This document shows, in pieces, positions 8,444 to 18,031 of a stretch of 24,103 nt of DNA. Below the pieces are notes generated by a model. That model was not told the DNA's origin. It did not search any database and worked only from the letters and a program-made list of their open reading frames with translations. A program made the translations under genes and the position numbers. Within the stretch, counting starts at the first letter, position 1; every line of letters starts with the position of its first letter. Source of the DNA: an uncultured Nitrososphaerota archaeon (GTDB taxonomy: Archaea > Asgardarchaeota > Njordarchaeia > Njordarchaeales > Njordarchaeaceae); contig CAZFGR010000017.1 of assembly GCA_964518475.1 (NCBI GenBank), forward strand, positions 1 to 24,103. The letters are read 5' to 3'.

Positions 8444-8803
8444 GTGGAGTATCACCACTCCAAAAGGTTTGATAAAACTTCCCTAAGAGCTGTTCTCAGA
8501 GGGGTCAAGGAGTTATTAATACTAAGTATTATAAAAGAGAGACCAGTTCATGGAAGCGAGATCCAAAAGATCTTAAAGGAGCGGTATGGACTGGATATTC
8601 CTAAGCCGATTGTATACATGTTATTACGGAGAATGGAAGAAGAAGGTTATATCATTTCTCAGTGGGAGATAGGGGGGAGCGGCCCAGCTAAGCGGGTTTA
8701 TCGAATAACTGATGAAGGACTCGATCATCTTAACTACTCCATAGAACTTTTAGAGAAACTTAAAAAAATTATTGAGGATGTCTTGAAAGAGATAAGAAAA
8801 TAG
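8444..8803 (+). CDS. PadR-family transcriptional regulator
   Basis: LLILSIIKERPVHGSEI, VYMLLRRMEEEGYI, GPAKRVYRITDEG. GTG 8444 follows GGGGAG. Confidence 0.92.
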   Translation: MEYHHSKRFDKTSLRAVLRGVKELLILSIIKERPVHGSEIQKILKERYGLDIPKPIVYMLLRRMEEEGYIISQWEIGGSGPAKRVYRITDEGLDHLNYSIELLEKLKKIIEDVLKEIRK

Positions 8804-8808
8804 GTATT

Positions 8809-9852
8809 GTGGGGGGGTTATTTTTGAAAGATTACGCCATAGTTACTGAGAACCTTACCAAGATCTACAAAGACAAGAATCAAGAAGTTGTAGCTGTTGA
8901 TCATGTGAGTATAAAAATTAAGTATGGAGAATTTTTCGGGTTACTAGGACCTAATGGGGCCGGAAAAACAACTTTCACGAAAATGCTTGCTACCTTACTA
9001 ATCCCAGACGAGGGAGAAGCGTGGATTGAGGGATACTCGATACTAAAGGATCCTATCGAGGTAAGAAAAAGAATTGGGTGGATGATGGGAGAAACTGGTG
9101 GAAGAGCGCTTTACTGGAGGCTATCTGGTTGGGATAATCTAATGTTCTTTGCCAGTATCCTGAATGTGCCCAAGGATGTTGCTGAGAAGAGAGCTAGAAC
9201 CTTGTTAGAGTTTCTCGAACTTGAAGACGCCGCCAATAAATTAGTGATGAACTATTCTACTGGGATGAGAATAAAGCTCATGCTGATTAGAGCACTACTT
9301 CACAACCCCGACATTCTTATCCTAGACGAACCTACTCTAGGACTAGATGTTGAGTCTGCGATAAAAGTGCGCACATTTTTGAGAAGACTGACGGATGAGC
9401 TCGGTAAAACGATTCTATTTACGTCTCACAACATGTATGAGGTAGAACAATTATGCGATAGGATAGCAGTGATTAACAAAGGTCGAATAGTATTTATTGG
9501 TACTCCTAGAGAGATAAGAGAGAAAGTTGAGGAAATGAAGATAATTGAGATCATTATCTCGTCCAAGGACTCTGATTTAGAAGACGTGATTAAAAGACTT
9601 CAGGGATTATCTGTTGTAAATACGATTCTCTCCCATGAAAAAGAGGCGAAGAGTTACAGGATTAGAGTAACAGTTGATGATTACTACGTAGCAATACCAG
9701 AGATAGCTCAAGCCCTGAAGGATTTCAAGGTCGAATCTATATCGAGAGCTCTGCCTACTCTCGAGGAAGCATTCCTTAAAATAGCAGGAGTCAGACTTGA
9801 GGAAACAGAGAAGCCTCGAAGAATCAGAAGACCGGGGAGAGGTGCGCACTAA
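8809..9852 (+). CDS. ABC-2 exporter ATP-binding subunit (DrrA/NodI-like); start may be TTG 8824
   Basis: Walker A GPNGAGKTT, signature YSTGM, Walker B ILDEPT, H-loop SH, C-terminal PTLEEAFL. Confidence 0.93.
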   Translation: MGGLFLKDYAIVTENLTKIYKDKNQEVVAVDHVSIKIKYGEFFGLLGPNGAGKTTFTKMLATLLIPDEGEAWIEGYSILKDPIEVRKRIGWMMGETGGRALYWRLSGWDNLMFFASILNVPKDVAEKRARTLLEFLELEDAANKLVMNYSTGMRIKLMLIRALLHNPDILILDEPTLGLDVESAIKVRTFLRRLTDELGKTILFTSHNMYEVEQLCDRIAVINKGRIVFIGTPREIREKVEEMKIIEIIISSKDSDLEDVIKRLQGLSVVNTILSHEKEAKSYRIRVTVDDYYVAIPEIAQALKDFKVESISRALPTLEEAFLKIAGVRLEETEKPRRIRRPGRGAH

Positions 9853-10724
9853 TGGATATTATCGAGATTTTTCGGGAAGAAGGAGAAGAAAAAGGCTTCC
9901 ACGCATTTTTGAGGAGAGCCTTGGCATCCTGCTATTACCAATTAAAGATCTATACATCCTATAGAATGAATTTCGCATTAGATCTCATAGATATCACCAT
10001 AAGTGCTTTAATCTATTACTATATAGGTCTTCTAGTCTCTCCACAAGACCTTGCAAAACTAGGATACACCCCAGATTACGTAGCTTTTGCGTTAGCGGGT
10101 ATTGCATTATCGAGATACATATGGACCTCTGTAGCTAGACTAGCACATAAAATGAGACACGAAATATCCGCTGGAACGTTCGAAAGTTTAGCAGCTGTAG
10201 ATTTTGATAATTTTAAGGGCTGGTTAGTTGGTCAAATACTATACGGATTCACATGGTCATCAACAGTATTCTTTATCACCATTTTCATCGGCTATTCATT
10301 GGGAGCAACATTCACTAGGAATCCAATTTTTTGGCTCCAAGCGCTATTCATAGTACTATTAACGGTTCTTATCCATGCTGGTATCGGGGTCATGGCTGCT
10401 GGAATGTATATTATTCATAAACAATTAGAGACCCTACTGGTATTGTTAACAGCTGTTATAGAGTTCTTTGGAGGGGTTCTTTACCCATTATCCCTCCTAT
10501 GGAACTACCCACTACTCTATTACATCGCTATTCTCATACCATTTACTCATGGTTTAGAACTATTTAGGAGACTAATAATTGATGAAATACCTCTGAACAA
10601 TCCAATGATGATTCCCCACTTATTAGCCCTCCTCGTATTCGTCCCGATAATCTTCTTAGGTTTTAAAGTATTCGAGTACTACTTATACAAAGCCAAGAAA
10701 CTTGGCTTAGTAGCAGCTTATTAG
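9852..10724 (+). CDS. ABC-2 type permease
   Basis: About six TM segments, EISAGTFESL, FGGVLYPL, PFTHGLELFR. Stop/start overlap with the ATPase gene. Confidence 0.9.
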   Translation: MDIIEIFREEGEEKGFHAFLRRALASCYYQLKIYTSYRMNFALDLIDITISALIYYYIGLLVSPQDLAKLGYTPDYVAFALAGIALSRYIWTSVARLAHKMRHEISAGTFESLAAVDFDNFKGWLVGQILYGFTWSSTVFFITIFIGYSLGATFTRNPIFWLQALFIVLLTVLIHAGIGVMAAGMYIIHKQLETLLVLLTAVIEFFGGVLYPLSLLWNYPLLYYIAILIPFTHGLELFRRLIIDEIPLNNPMMIPHLLALLVFVPIIFLGFKVFEYYLYKAKKLGLVAAY

Positions 10725-10735
10725 GGGGCTTCTAA

Positions 10736-11605
10736 TTGAGTATGGAGGAAGTCTTGAATCTCTTTAAGGAAAAACATGAGGCACGAGTTAGTTCCGTTTA
10801 TAAAGTATACATGGCTTTTCTTAGAAGAGCGAAGATTAGGTTAAACTATAAGACATGGATGCTATTTGATTTCGCTACAACAATGTTTAATGTCTTCACG
10901 TATTTTCTCTTATCCTTCATTATTCTACCTCAACAAGTAGCGAAGGCTGGTTACGGGTACAGCTACTTCACCTTCGCCGTCATTGGCCTAGCTGCATCCC
11001 ATTACATAACCGCTGGATTAAGGAGCCTAGCCCTAACTATCAGACTAGAGCAGTTCTATGGCACGATAGAATCGATACTTTCCACCCCCACGGATTTCAT
11101 AGTTCTTTTCTTGGGAGATTTGTTATACTACGTTATTTACTCAAGTGTCTTCTTAGTAATGATTCTTCCCCTAGGAATATTTCTTGGGGCTCAGATAGTT
11201 ATAAACATCTATACGATAATCACATTACTAATCCTGATCCTATTATTGGTGCTGAGCAACTTACCTATCGGAATTCTTTCAGCAGCAATGGTTCTGAAAT
11301 TCAAGCAAGGAGACCCAATAGGCTGGGCCCTAACATGGATAAACCAGTTATTTGGAGGAACGTTCTTCCCAATAACTCTCCTTCCCACTGGATTAAGAAT
11401 TCTCTCTTACGGTCTTCCCCTAACATACGCACTAGATGCTATAAGATACTCCCTAGTATGGGGCGCCTCCTTAACGCATCCAAGAATACTAAACGATGTC
11501 TTAGCCATGATAGTATACACAATAATAGGATACCCCATCGCCATAAAGGTATTCAGAATGGTTTATAAAGGAGCATTAAAAGAAGGAAAACTCGGAATCT
11601 ACTAG
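10736..11605 (+). CDS. ABC-2 type permease (second subunit)
   Basis: EQFYGTIESILSTP, FGGTFFPITLLP, PLTYALDAIR. Confidence 0.9.
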   Translation: MSMEEVLNLFKEKHEARVSSVYKVYMAFLRRAKIRLNYKTWMLFDFATTMFNVFTYFLLSFIILPQQVAKAGYGYSYFTFAVIGLAASHYITAGLRSLALTIRLEQFYGTIESILSTPTDFIVLFLGDLLYYVIYSSVFLVMILPLGIFLGAQIVINIYTIITLLILILLLVLSNLPIGILSAAMVLKFKQGDPIGWALTWINQLFGGTFFPITLLPTGLRILSYGLPLTYALDAIRYSLVWGASLTHPRILNDVLAMIVYTIIGYPIAIKVFRMVYKGALKEGKLGIY

Positions 11606-11678
11606 AAATAGAATGTAGGGAATTAGTAGAGATTAGAGAATGCCTCTGCATCAAGAACACTTATTTTTTCTTTTAACA

Positions 11679-12745
11679 GGCTTTGTTTCAAATTTATCTT
11701 TTTGCCCCTTGTCTCGTTCAGCCTTCTAGACTCCTCCTAAGCCACTAATTGGGACTTAACGCTACTATCCTGGCCACGTTGTAGGCTAGGACTGCGATGA
11801 AGGCGTCGCAGATTCTCGCCTCCCAAGACCTACTATAGATCATATCCCTGAGCATAGACTTTAAGGAGAGGAAAGCAACCTCTACGAGACTCCTAACATT
11901 ACCAACTAAGTCCCAGAAGGTTCCGTAGTTCGTTTAAGGCCTAAGTCTAGATCCGCTCCTAGGCATCAACTTCTTAGTCCTAGCTAGTATAATGGGGACT
12001 AGTCCATGTCTCTCTATGGCTTCTACAGCATCAGTTGTATCCGTGAGCACTCCCCAGAAGATCTTGGTACTCACCGAGGCTTCGAAGAGGTAGTTTCTGA
12101 AGGCTTCGATCTCGGAGAATGCGCCGAGAGTGGTGACAGCGTCGAAGAAGGCGTTGATCTCCAGAGCATACAGAACAGTCACGACAAGTATTCTCGCCTC
12201 ATCCTCACCTGCTCTAGGTAGTGGTTCGACGCTCTCCCAAGTCTGATACCAGTGCCGTCCATAATCGCCAATTATTTCCATTTCCCGCGAGTTCTCATTC
12301 TCGCCAGTCTGTGGAAAGAGAGTCTTATCGGTAGGACTACAGTGGCTAGTAGGTCTCCCACCCAGTCGAGGATGCTGGACTCAGCACTTTTTCTAAGCCG
12401 ATTCTCCTATACGTGTTGAGTCTCTTGAGATCGTCTAGTGCTCGTCTATAACTCTGGTTACTGAGGACTATCCATGCCAGAACGGCTATCTTGGAGGCTG
12501 AGATATACCTCCTTGACCTCTCCTCTTTCTTTGACATGGGGGGCTTTTTTAGCCAGTTTATAAATAGCCTTAATAATTGTAAACCTACCGAGCCACATAT
12601 TTTTCATTAGGGGTGCTCTTCTTCTGGCGTGGTCGCAAGTGATACAGCTATGATACCTATAAAAGTACCCTCGTCACAAAGTCACAAGAGAGGCGTTGAC
12701 TGGCGAGAAATAGGCTGAGAAAGGAGATAAATTAGAAACAAAGTC
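11679..12745 (-). mobile_element. Decayed IS5-family-like insertion sequence, 1067 bp
   Basis: Terminal inverted repeats GGCTTTGTTTCAAATTTATCT (11679-11699) and AGATAAATTAGAAACAAAGTC (12725-12745), 19/21 match. The GGCTTTGT end and the size recall IS903-group elements. No target duplication visible. Confidence 0.85.
11745..12537 (-). pseudogene. Frameshifted DDE transposase
   Basis: Fragments in different frames: SNQSYRRALDDL (N-terminal), LAIMDGTG (first Asp), FSEIEAF..GVLTD, RSLVEVAFLSLK (Glu motif) and AVLAYNVARIVALSPN*. Confidence 0.85.
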
Positions 12746-12758
12746 TAGCCCAAAATAT

Positions 12759-12826
12759 TTTTAATACATAGATGCTTTTAATATATAGATGCTATGTTAG
12801 ATGTTTATATACTAGATGTTTTATAT
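12759..12826 (+). repeat. Four TAGATG-core short direct repeats in the promoter region
   Basis: TTTTAATACATAGATGC (12759-12775), TTTTAATATATAGATGC (12776-12792), TAGATGTTTATA (from 12798), TAGATGTTTTATA (from 12813). Confidence 0.65.
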
Positions 12827-12829
12827 TTG

Positions 12830-12870
12830 AGCCACCACTAGATATATGAAAAATGGTGAAAGTGGTGGCT
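12830..12870 (+). promoter_or_regulatory. Leader hairpin homologous to 161-209
   Basis: Perfect 10-bp inverted repeat AGCCACCACT / AGTGGTGGCT with a 21-nt loop containing GGTGA (12855-12859). GTG 12862/12865 lie in the 3' arm. Confidence 0.7.
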
Positions 12871-13213
12871 TATAAAAAATCGAAATTTATAGTTTTTTTT
12901 CATCTTAATTGCATTCTTAGCAACTCCACTCAAGTTTAATTGCCTAAATAAAAGTCATTTTTTGAACATAAATAATAGCCTTTTGTCATATTCTTATAAT
13001 GGTAATTTCAGTATAATACAAGCCTATCCTTATCCCCGTAGACAACCAATCCCATGGAATATCAAGTTTATAAATGCTGAAAATGCAACAAAATATGTTG
13101 GTAAAAGTATTTCTAAAGCTCAAATAGCTATAATAGATACAGGAGTCGATTATGACCATGAGGATCTCACAAAACATACGCTTTGGGTAAATGGTTATCC
13201 AAACAATTCATAG
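12862..13213 (+). pseudogene. Truncated secreted subtilisin-like (S8) protease with a poly-T frameshift in its signal peptide
   Basis: QPIPWNIKFINA..IAIIDTGVDYDHEDL is the start of an S8 mature domain with the catalytic Asp, but it stops before the His/Ser motifs. Removing one T from T8 (12893-12900) gives the signal peptide MVAYKKSKFIVFFILIAFLATPL. Confidence 0.8.
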
Positions 13214-13395
13214 CAAAAAAGGTATCTTCATAAACTACATTTAATTTCCCGTAATTATATGTTATTACATATTAATTCGCCATTAATAGCTCTTGATGCT
13301 CAATTGCTTGTAAAATTTTCAATATTCAAAAATAAATACTAAAAAATTCTATTTCTTTTTTTTTTAAAAAAGAGAGATTTTGCTGGTGGAAATTA

Positions 13396-15192
13396 ATGAT
13401 AATTAGAAGACGTTCTAGAAAAACGATCGTTACTATTTTACTAATAATTCTTACTTTTTCTAGTTTCAAACCAGTTGGTTATCTGGGGGACTTCTTTAAG
13501 AATAATTCAAATAAGCTTATTAGAGATGAGGAACTATTTCGTTTTACGTATATGGAATCAAAGGGTAGTTTTATAAATATCTTGGAAGAGTTCCTTAAAA
13601 CTTATGCTAGCTCGTCAAGTATTATGAGATTTGGCGCTAACGATAAGACTTTTTCACGAGGAAATGTTACAGCAAGAGTTTATTGGGTTAGAGCTGGAGC
13701 TAATGGCGATGGAAGAAGCGCTGAGAATCCAGCTGGAAATATCACATATTTATTAGAGAATTATGATTTGTCTAATTCTGTGATAAATGTTCTTCCTGGA
13801 GAGTATAATGAGAGTATTGAGAAGTTCCCCCTAATTCTCGAATACACGAATCTCACAATCCGTGCTATAGGTGACGCGTCTGAAACAGTTATCAAATTCC
13901 CTATTAAGGAAGTTTTTATCCCAGGCCTTCACGCTGCGATAATTGTTAAAGCTGCGAACATAACGATAGAGGGGCTTAAGATCTCTGGCAGTTATACAGG
14001 GATAAGAGTTATTGGTAATGCTCATGGAACTGTTATAAGGGGGAATATCTTTGAGAATACTACGTGCGCAGTAGCTTTGGATACCTCGTACAATTTGGTT
14101 AAAGATAATGTGTTTTATAGAAACTACATAGGTGTCTTTATCGGTGTTTCCTGGAGAGGATCAAACAACATTGTATCTAACAATGTTTTTAGAAAGACTG
14201 ATATTGATGTCGTCGTATATACGGCGGAGAACATCATTAGAGGAAACAGGATGTCTTCGGGGATTCTAATTGATACATCTCTGGAAGCCGCGGTTTCTCA
14301 AGTGATTGAAAATAATACAATAAATGGTAAACCAATACTCTATTACAAGAACCAGAGAGAGATCTCGGTTTCGGCTGAAATTGGTCAGCTAATTCTCGTA
14401 AACACAACTGGTTTTAGAATTAATGGACTTAGCATATCTAATGCATGCATTGGAATAGAGGTTCTTTATAGTCAAGAAATAGTGATCGAATCGAATTGTT
14501 TAGAGAATAACATATATGGGATTGGCGTAGCTAATTCTGAAAAAATCACAATCTCGAACAACAAGCTGATTAACAACACAGTTGGAGTATTCTTTAGTTA
14601 TGTGAATGCCAGCATTGTTAGGGACAATAAATTCCTCGATAATTACTATGGCGTCTTATTAATAACCTCTAGTAATAATTTAGTCACAAAAAACCTGTTT
14701 TCTGAAAACAAATTCGGTATTCTACTCATGGGTGGTCCACTAATTTTATGGAGCCCATCGCCTCCTCCATCAATAAATAATAAGATTCTAGACAATCAGT
14801 TTTCTGGGAATAAAGTAGGTATTGCCTTTAACAAAACTATGGGGAGTCTAGCAACGTCTAATTTTGTTTACCGAAACAACTTTGTTGCGAACAATATACA
14901 TGCCATAGATAACTGTGGAAAGAATTACTTCAACGATAGTTCAAGTGGGAATTTCTGGGACGATTATAATGGGTCCGATTTAGATGGAGACGGAATAGGG
15001 GATACACCATATAGAATACCTGGGGAGGGTAAAAGTTTTGATTATAAACCTCTGATGAAGCCATTAAAGATCTTTGATGAACAAAAAGGAGAAACCATTT
15101 CACTAGTTTCTGTGAAACTTATCGTGGGTGTAACTATTTTCGTGTGCATAGCAATTATCCTAGTATATTACAAGAAGAGGATTATGCATTGA
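13396..15192 (+). CDS. Cell-surface right-handed parallel beta-helix protein (NosD/CASH-like)
   Basis: Signal peptide, VLPGEYNE, many I.NN...NN..GI repeats, NTINGKPILYY, GNFWDDYNGSDLDGDGIGDTPY, C-terminal TM with basic tail. Confidence 0.88.
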   Translation: MIIRRRSRKTIVTILLIILTFSSFKPVGYLGDFFKNNSNKLIRDEELFRFTYMESKGSFINILEEFLKTYASSSSIMRFGANDKTFSRGNVTARVYWVRAGANGDGRSAENPAGNITYLLENYDLSNSVINVLPGEYNESIEKFPLILEYTNLTIRAIGDASETVIKFPIKEVFIPGLHAAIIVKAANITIEGLKISGSYTGIRVIGNAHGTVIRGNIFENTTCAVALDTSYNLVKDNVFYRNYIGVFIGVSWRGSNNIVSNNVFRKTDIDVVVYTAENIIRGNRMSSGILIDTSLEAAVSQVIENNTINGKPILYYKNQREISVSAEIGQLILVNTTGFRINGLSISNACIGIEVLYSQEIVIESNCLENNIYGIGVANSEKITISNNKLINNTVGVFFSYVNASIVRDNKFLDNYYGVLLITSSNNLVTKNLFSENKFGILLMGGPLILWSPSPPPSINNKILDNQFSGNKVGIAFNKTMGSLATSNFVYRNNFVANNIHAIDNCGKNYFNDSSSGNFWDDYNGSDLDGDGIGDTPYRIPGEGKSFDYKPLMKPLKIFDEQKGETISLVSVKLIVGVTIFVCIAIILVYYKKRIMH

Positions 15193-15375
15193 TCCCCTTG
15201 CAAATGTTATTACTGCTCCTATATCATCTCCCCCATTATACTATTTTTGGTTAAAGTTGTTTTATAATTCGCAATTCTATGGTTTAGAACATCTCTCAGA
15301 TCTTCTTGAAAGTCTAATTATTGGCTCTTTTCCGATATTTTCTTATCATATATTACGTTTTTGAGAGATCTTAAC

Positions 15376-15409
15376 TAGGCTTAAAAAGAGATAAACTTGG
15401 GACAAGGCC
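15376..15409 (-). mobile_element. Isolated degenerate IS left-end remnant
   Basis: TAGGCTTAAAAAGAGATAAACTTGGGACAAGGCC aligns with TAGGCTGAGAAAGGAGATAAATTAGAAACAAAGTC (12711-12745) in the same orientation. Confidence 0.5.
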
Positions 15410-15508
15410 ACTATTTATCTATTGTTTAAAAAAGGAAACCTTATTATATTTTCAAAAATTCTTTTTAGGGAGAATAGGTAGTATCTCTCTTGTCTTGGAG
15501 GTAGTTTA

Positions 15509-17257
15509 ATGAGTTTCTCGGATAAGTTGAAAATTATTGAAGAGATTGTGAAGCTTCCGCTCTTCTCCGCCGTAGGTTTTTCAATGAATAAGCTGGTCTA
15601 TATTACTACTTCGGAAGCTACTAGGAGTCTATGGGTTCTCGATACTAAGACTGGTGAGAAGGTAAAAATTGCTGACGAAGTTATTGGAGTTAGCGACATT
15701 GTTCCCGATTCCCCTTACCTAATGTATACTATAGATGTCATGAAGGGTAGGGAGCAGCACAGAGCATACATAGTGGATCTAAGGAAGATGGAGCGGTACG
15801 AGGTAGAGGCTATAGAGCCCCGGAGGATTACCAGTATTGCTTTTGATGGATCAGTTTTCGCGCTAAGCTCCTCAACAGCACAGGTACTTGACTTATGGAT
15901 TGTTAAACCTGATGGTTCTGCGGAGAAAGTCTATGAGTCCCAGAAAATATTCTTCGCCACCAGCGTGTCTGGTAACAAGATTGTGGGTCAGGGAGTTCTT
16001 AAAGGGGATCCCAGGGCTCAGGAAATCTTCATATTTGATAGATCCTCGGGAGAGTTCCAGGTCTATACTCCCAAGGATGGTTCAACAAACAGATCTCCTA
16101 GGATACATGATAATAAAGTATTATTCTCCACGACAGCCTTCGGTAAGGAGAAGCTAGTGATTCTAGATCTAGAGAAATTCGCTATTGAAGACCCAGTATT
16201 TGGTCACGATGATTATAGGAAACACGAATTCGTCGAGTACCTTAACTTTGACTGGACCCCAGATGGAAAGATATGGTTTATAGGTCTAAAGGATGGTAGA
16301 ACAAAAGTTTTTCTCGATGGAAAACTATTGCCAGTACCAGAAGGTTTCGCAACAAACCTTGTCTACGCCGATGGTAAAGCATACGTTACATGGTCATCAT
16401 TGGTAAACCCCTACAGAATCCTGGAGATCGATCTAGAAAAGAACGAAGCGAGAACCTTCCTCGGTGTGGAACTACCAGAGCACATAAGAGAGCGTATAGG
16501 AACTGTTAAACATATTCGCTACAAATCCTTCGACGGATTGGAGATCCCAGCCTTCATTGTTGAGAATGCAAAGATCGGTAAGCCTGGACCAACTGTTATC
16601 TATGTTCATGGAGGTCCATGGTCAAGCGTTAGTGATTCCTGGAACAGATTGCTGGTATCGATTGTGGCGTCGGGGTACCATGTAGTAGCTCCTAACTTCA
16701 GGGGATCTACGGGTTATGGTGACGAGTTTAGAAAGATGGATATCGGTGATCCGGGAGGAGGAGATCTAGAAGATGTTGCTCATGCAGCCCTATGGGCTAA
16801 GCAGAATAATTTAGCATCAAAGATAGCTATAATGGGTTACAGTTACGGCGGCTACATGACTTTCCTAGCCACTGTGAAGAAGCCAGAGCTTTGGGATGCT
16901 GGAGTAGCCGGTGCAGGTATTACCGATTGGGCTGAACTATATGAGCTGAGTGACGCACTATTCAAGAGATTCGTCGAAGTATTGTTCGCTGGCAAGAAAG
17001 AATTGCTCAGAGATAGGAGCGCGATAACCTATATAGAGAACTTGAAAGCACCGCTATGCATCATTCATCCCCAAAACGACTCCAGAACCCCACTAAGACC
17101 AGTACTAAAATACGTTAGCAAACTACTAGAACTCGGAAAAACATTTGAGCTACACGTAATACCAGACATGGGTCACTTAATAAACAGGGTAGAAGATGCC
17201 GTAAAGATACTATTCCCGGCCATAATATTCCTAGACAAAGTAATAGGCTCCACATAG
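15509..17257 (+). CDS. S9 family acylaminoacyl peptidase (beta-propeller plus alpha/beta hydrolase)
   Basis: VHGGP, PNFRGSTGYG, nucleophile GYSYGG, QNDSR (Asp), MGH (His); 582 aa. Confidence 0.93.
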   Translation: MSFSDKLKIIEEIVKLPLFSAVGFSMNKLVYITTSEATRSLWVLDTKTGEKVKIADEVIGVSDIVPDSPYLMYTIDVMKGREQHRAYIVDLRKMERYEVEAIEPRRITSIAFDGSVFALSSSTAQVLDLWIVKPDGSAEKVYESQKIFFATSVSGNKIVGQGVLKGDPRAQEIFIFDRSSGEFQVYTPKDGSTNRSPRIHDNKVLFSTTAFGKEKLVILDLEKFAIEDPVFGHDDYRKHEFVEYLNFDWTPDGKIWFIGLKDGRTKVFLDGKLLPVPEGFATNLVYADGKAYVTWSSLVNPYRILEIDLEKNEARTFLGVELPEHIRERIGTVKHIRYKSFDGLEIPAFIVENAKIGKPGPTVIYVHGGPWSSVSDSWNRLLVSIVASGYHVVAPNFRGSTGYGDEFRKMDIGDPGGGDLEDVAHAALWAKQNNLASKIAIMGYSYGGYMTFLATVKKPELWDAGVAGAGITDWAELYELSDALFKRFVEVLFAGKKELLRDRSAITYIENLKAPLCIIHPQNDSRTPLRPVLKYVSKLLELGKTFELHVIPDMGHLINRVEDAVKILFPAIIFLDKVIGST

Positions 17258-17352
17258 ATCGGATTCCTCTTCCATCACTATTTTTAACTTTTGATAGAAG
17301 CGATTTCCCGATCCAAGATATATTTTTAAGTACTTTCCATATTATTTTTTTC

Positions 17353-17378
17353 TTGTGGGAATATTGATTTTTGTGGGA
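17353..17378 (+). promoter_or_regulatory. Putative vapBC autoregulatory operator
   Basis: TTGTGGGA direct repeat (17353-17360, 17371-17378) immediately upstream of the antitoxin ATG. Confidence 0.4.
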
Positions 17379-17384
17379 TTACCA

Positions 17385-17627
17385 ATGATTGTGGAAATCG
17401 ATGAAAAAGGACGCATTCTAATACCTAAGGAAATAAGGAAAAGACTCAACATAAAGAAAGGAACAAAACTCAGGGTATACGTAGATGGAGACAAGATTGT
17501 TCTCTTCAAAGAAGAGAGCATAACAGAGCGCTATGCCGGTAAGTATAGGGCCAAGATCCCTATTCCCGAGGATCTTGATGAATTCCTCAACACGGTGATT
17601 AAGGAGTGGTGGAAAGAAAATACGTAG
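17385..17627 (+). CDS. vapB: AbrB/MazE/SpoVT-type antitoxin
   Basis: MIVEIDEKGRILIPKEIRKRLNIKKGTKLRV; overlaps the PIN gene. Confidence 0.9.
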   Translation: MIVEIDEKGRILIPKEIRKRLNIKKGTKLRVYVDGDKIVLFKEESITERYAGKYRAKIPIPEDLDEFLNTVIKEWWKENT

Positions 17628-18025
17628 ACGTTAACGTCTTTGTGTACTGGTTATCAGGAAGCGGCAAATTACTGGAAAAAGCTAAGAAATGGATAAAAGC
17701 AATAGAGGATGGTGCACGTGGAGAATTCCTAACAAGCGCACTCACAATCTACGAACTAATAATAATTATCGCTGGATTGACTGGAAAAACCCTAAAAGAT
17801 ACGGAATTTATCAAAGATGTCCTCGAGGCATTGCTTGGGCTTAGCAAACTTAGAATAGTACCCCTATCCAAAGAAGTATTTAGAACAGCATCCGAAGCAA
17901 TGACACGATTCAGCCTAGACTTTGAAGACGCTATCCATTACGCAACAGCTATTAAACATGGAGCAACAAAAATAATCTCCAACGACCGAGATTTCGAAAA
18001 AACAGATATTCAGAGAATATTCTAA
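17606..18025 (+). CDS. vapC: PIN-domain toxin
   Basis: YVDVNVFV, TSALTIYE, DFEDAIHYATA, ISNDRDF. Confidence 0.92.
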   Translation: MVERKYVDVNVFVYWLSGSGKLLEKAKKWIKAIEDGARGEFLTSALTIYELIIIIAGLTGKTLKDTEFIKDVLEALLGLSKLRIVPLSKEVFRTASEAMTRFSLDFEDAIHYATAIKHGATKIISNDRDFEKTDIQRIF

Positions 18026-18031
18026 GCAAAG

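Noticed and set aside
85-11678. Composite transposon between the two IS copies
   Set aside because: The copies are diverged, at least one is inactive, no target duplication is visible, and the interval carries housekeeping genes such as thiDN.
12759-12826. CRISPR-like array
   Set aside because: Units are only 12-17 bp with no unique spacers, and there are no cas genes.
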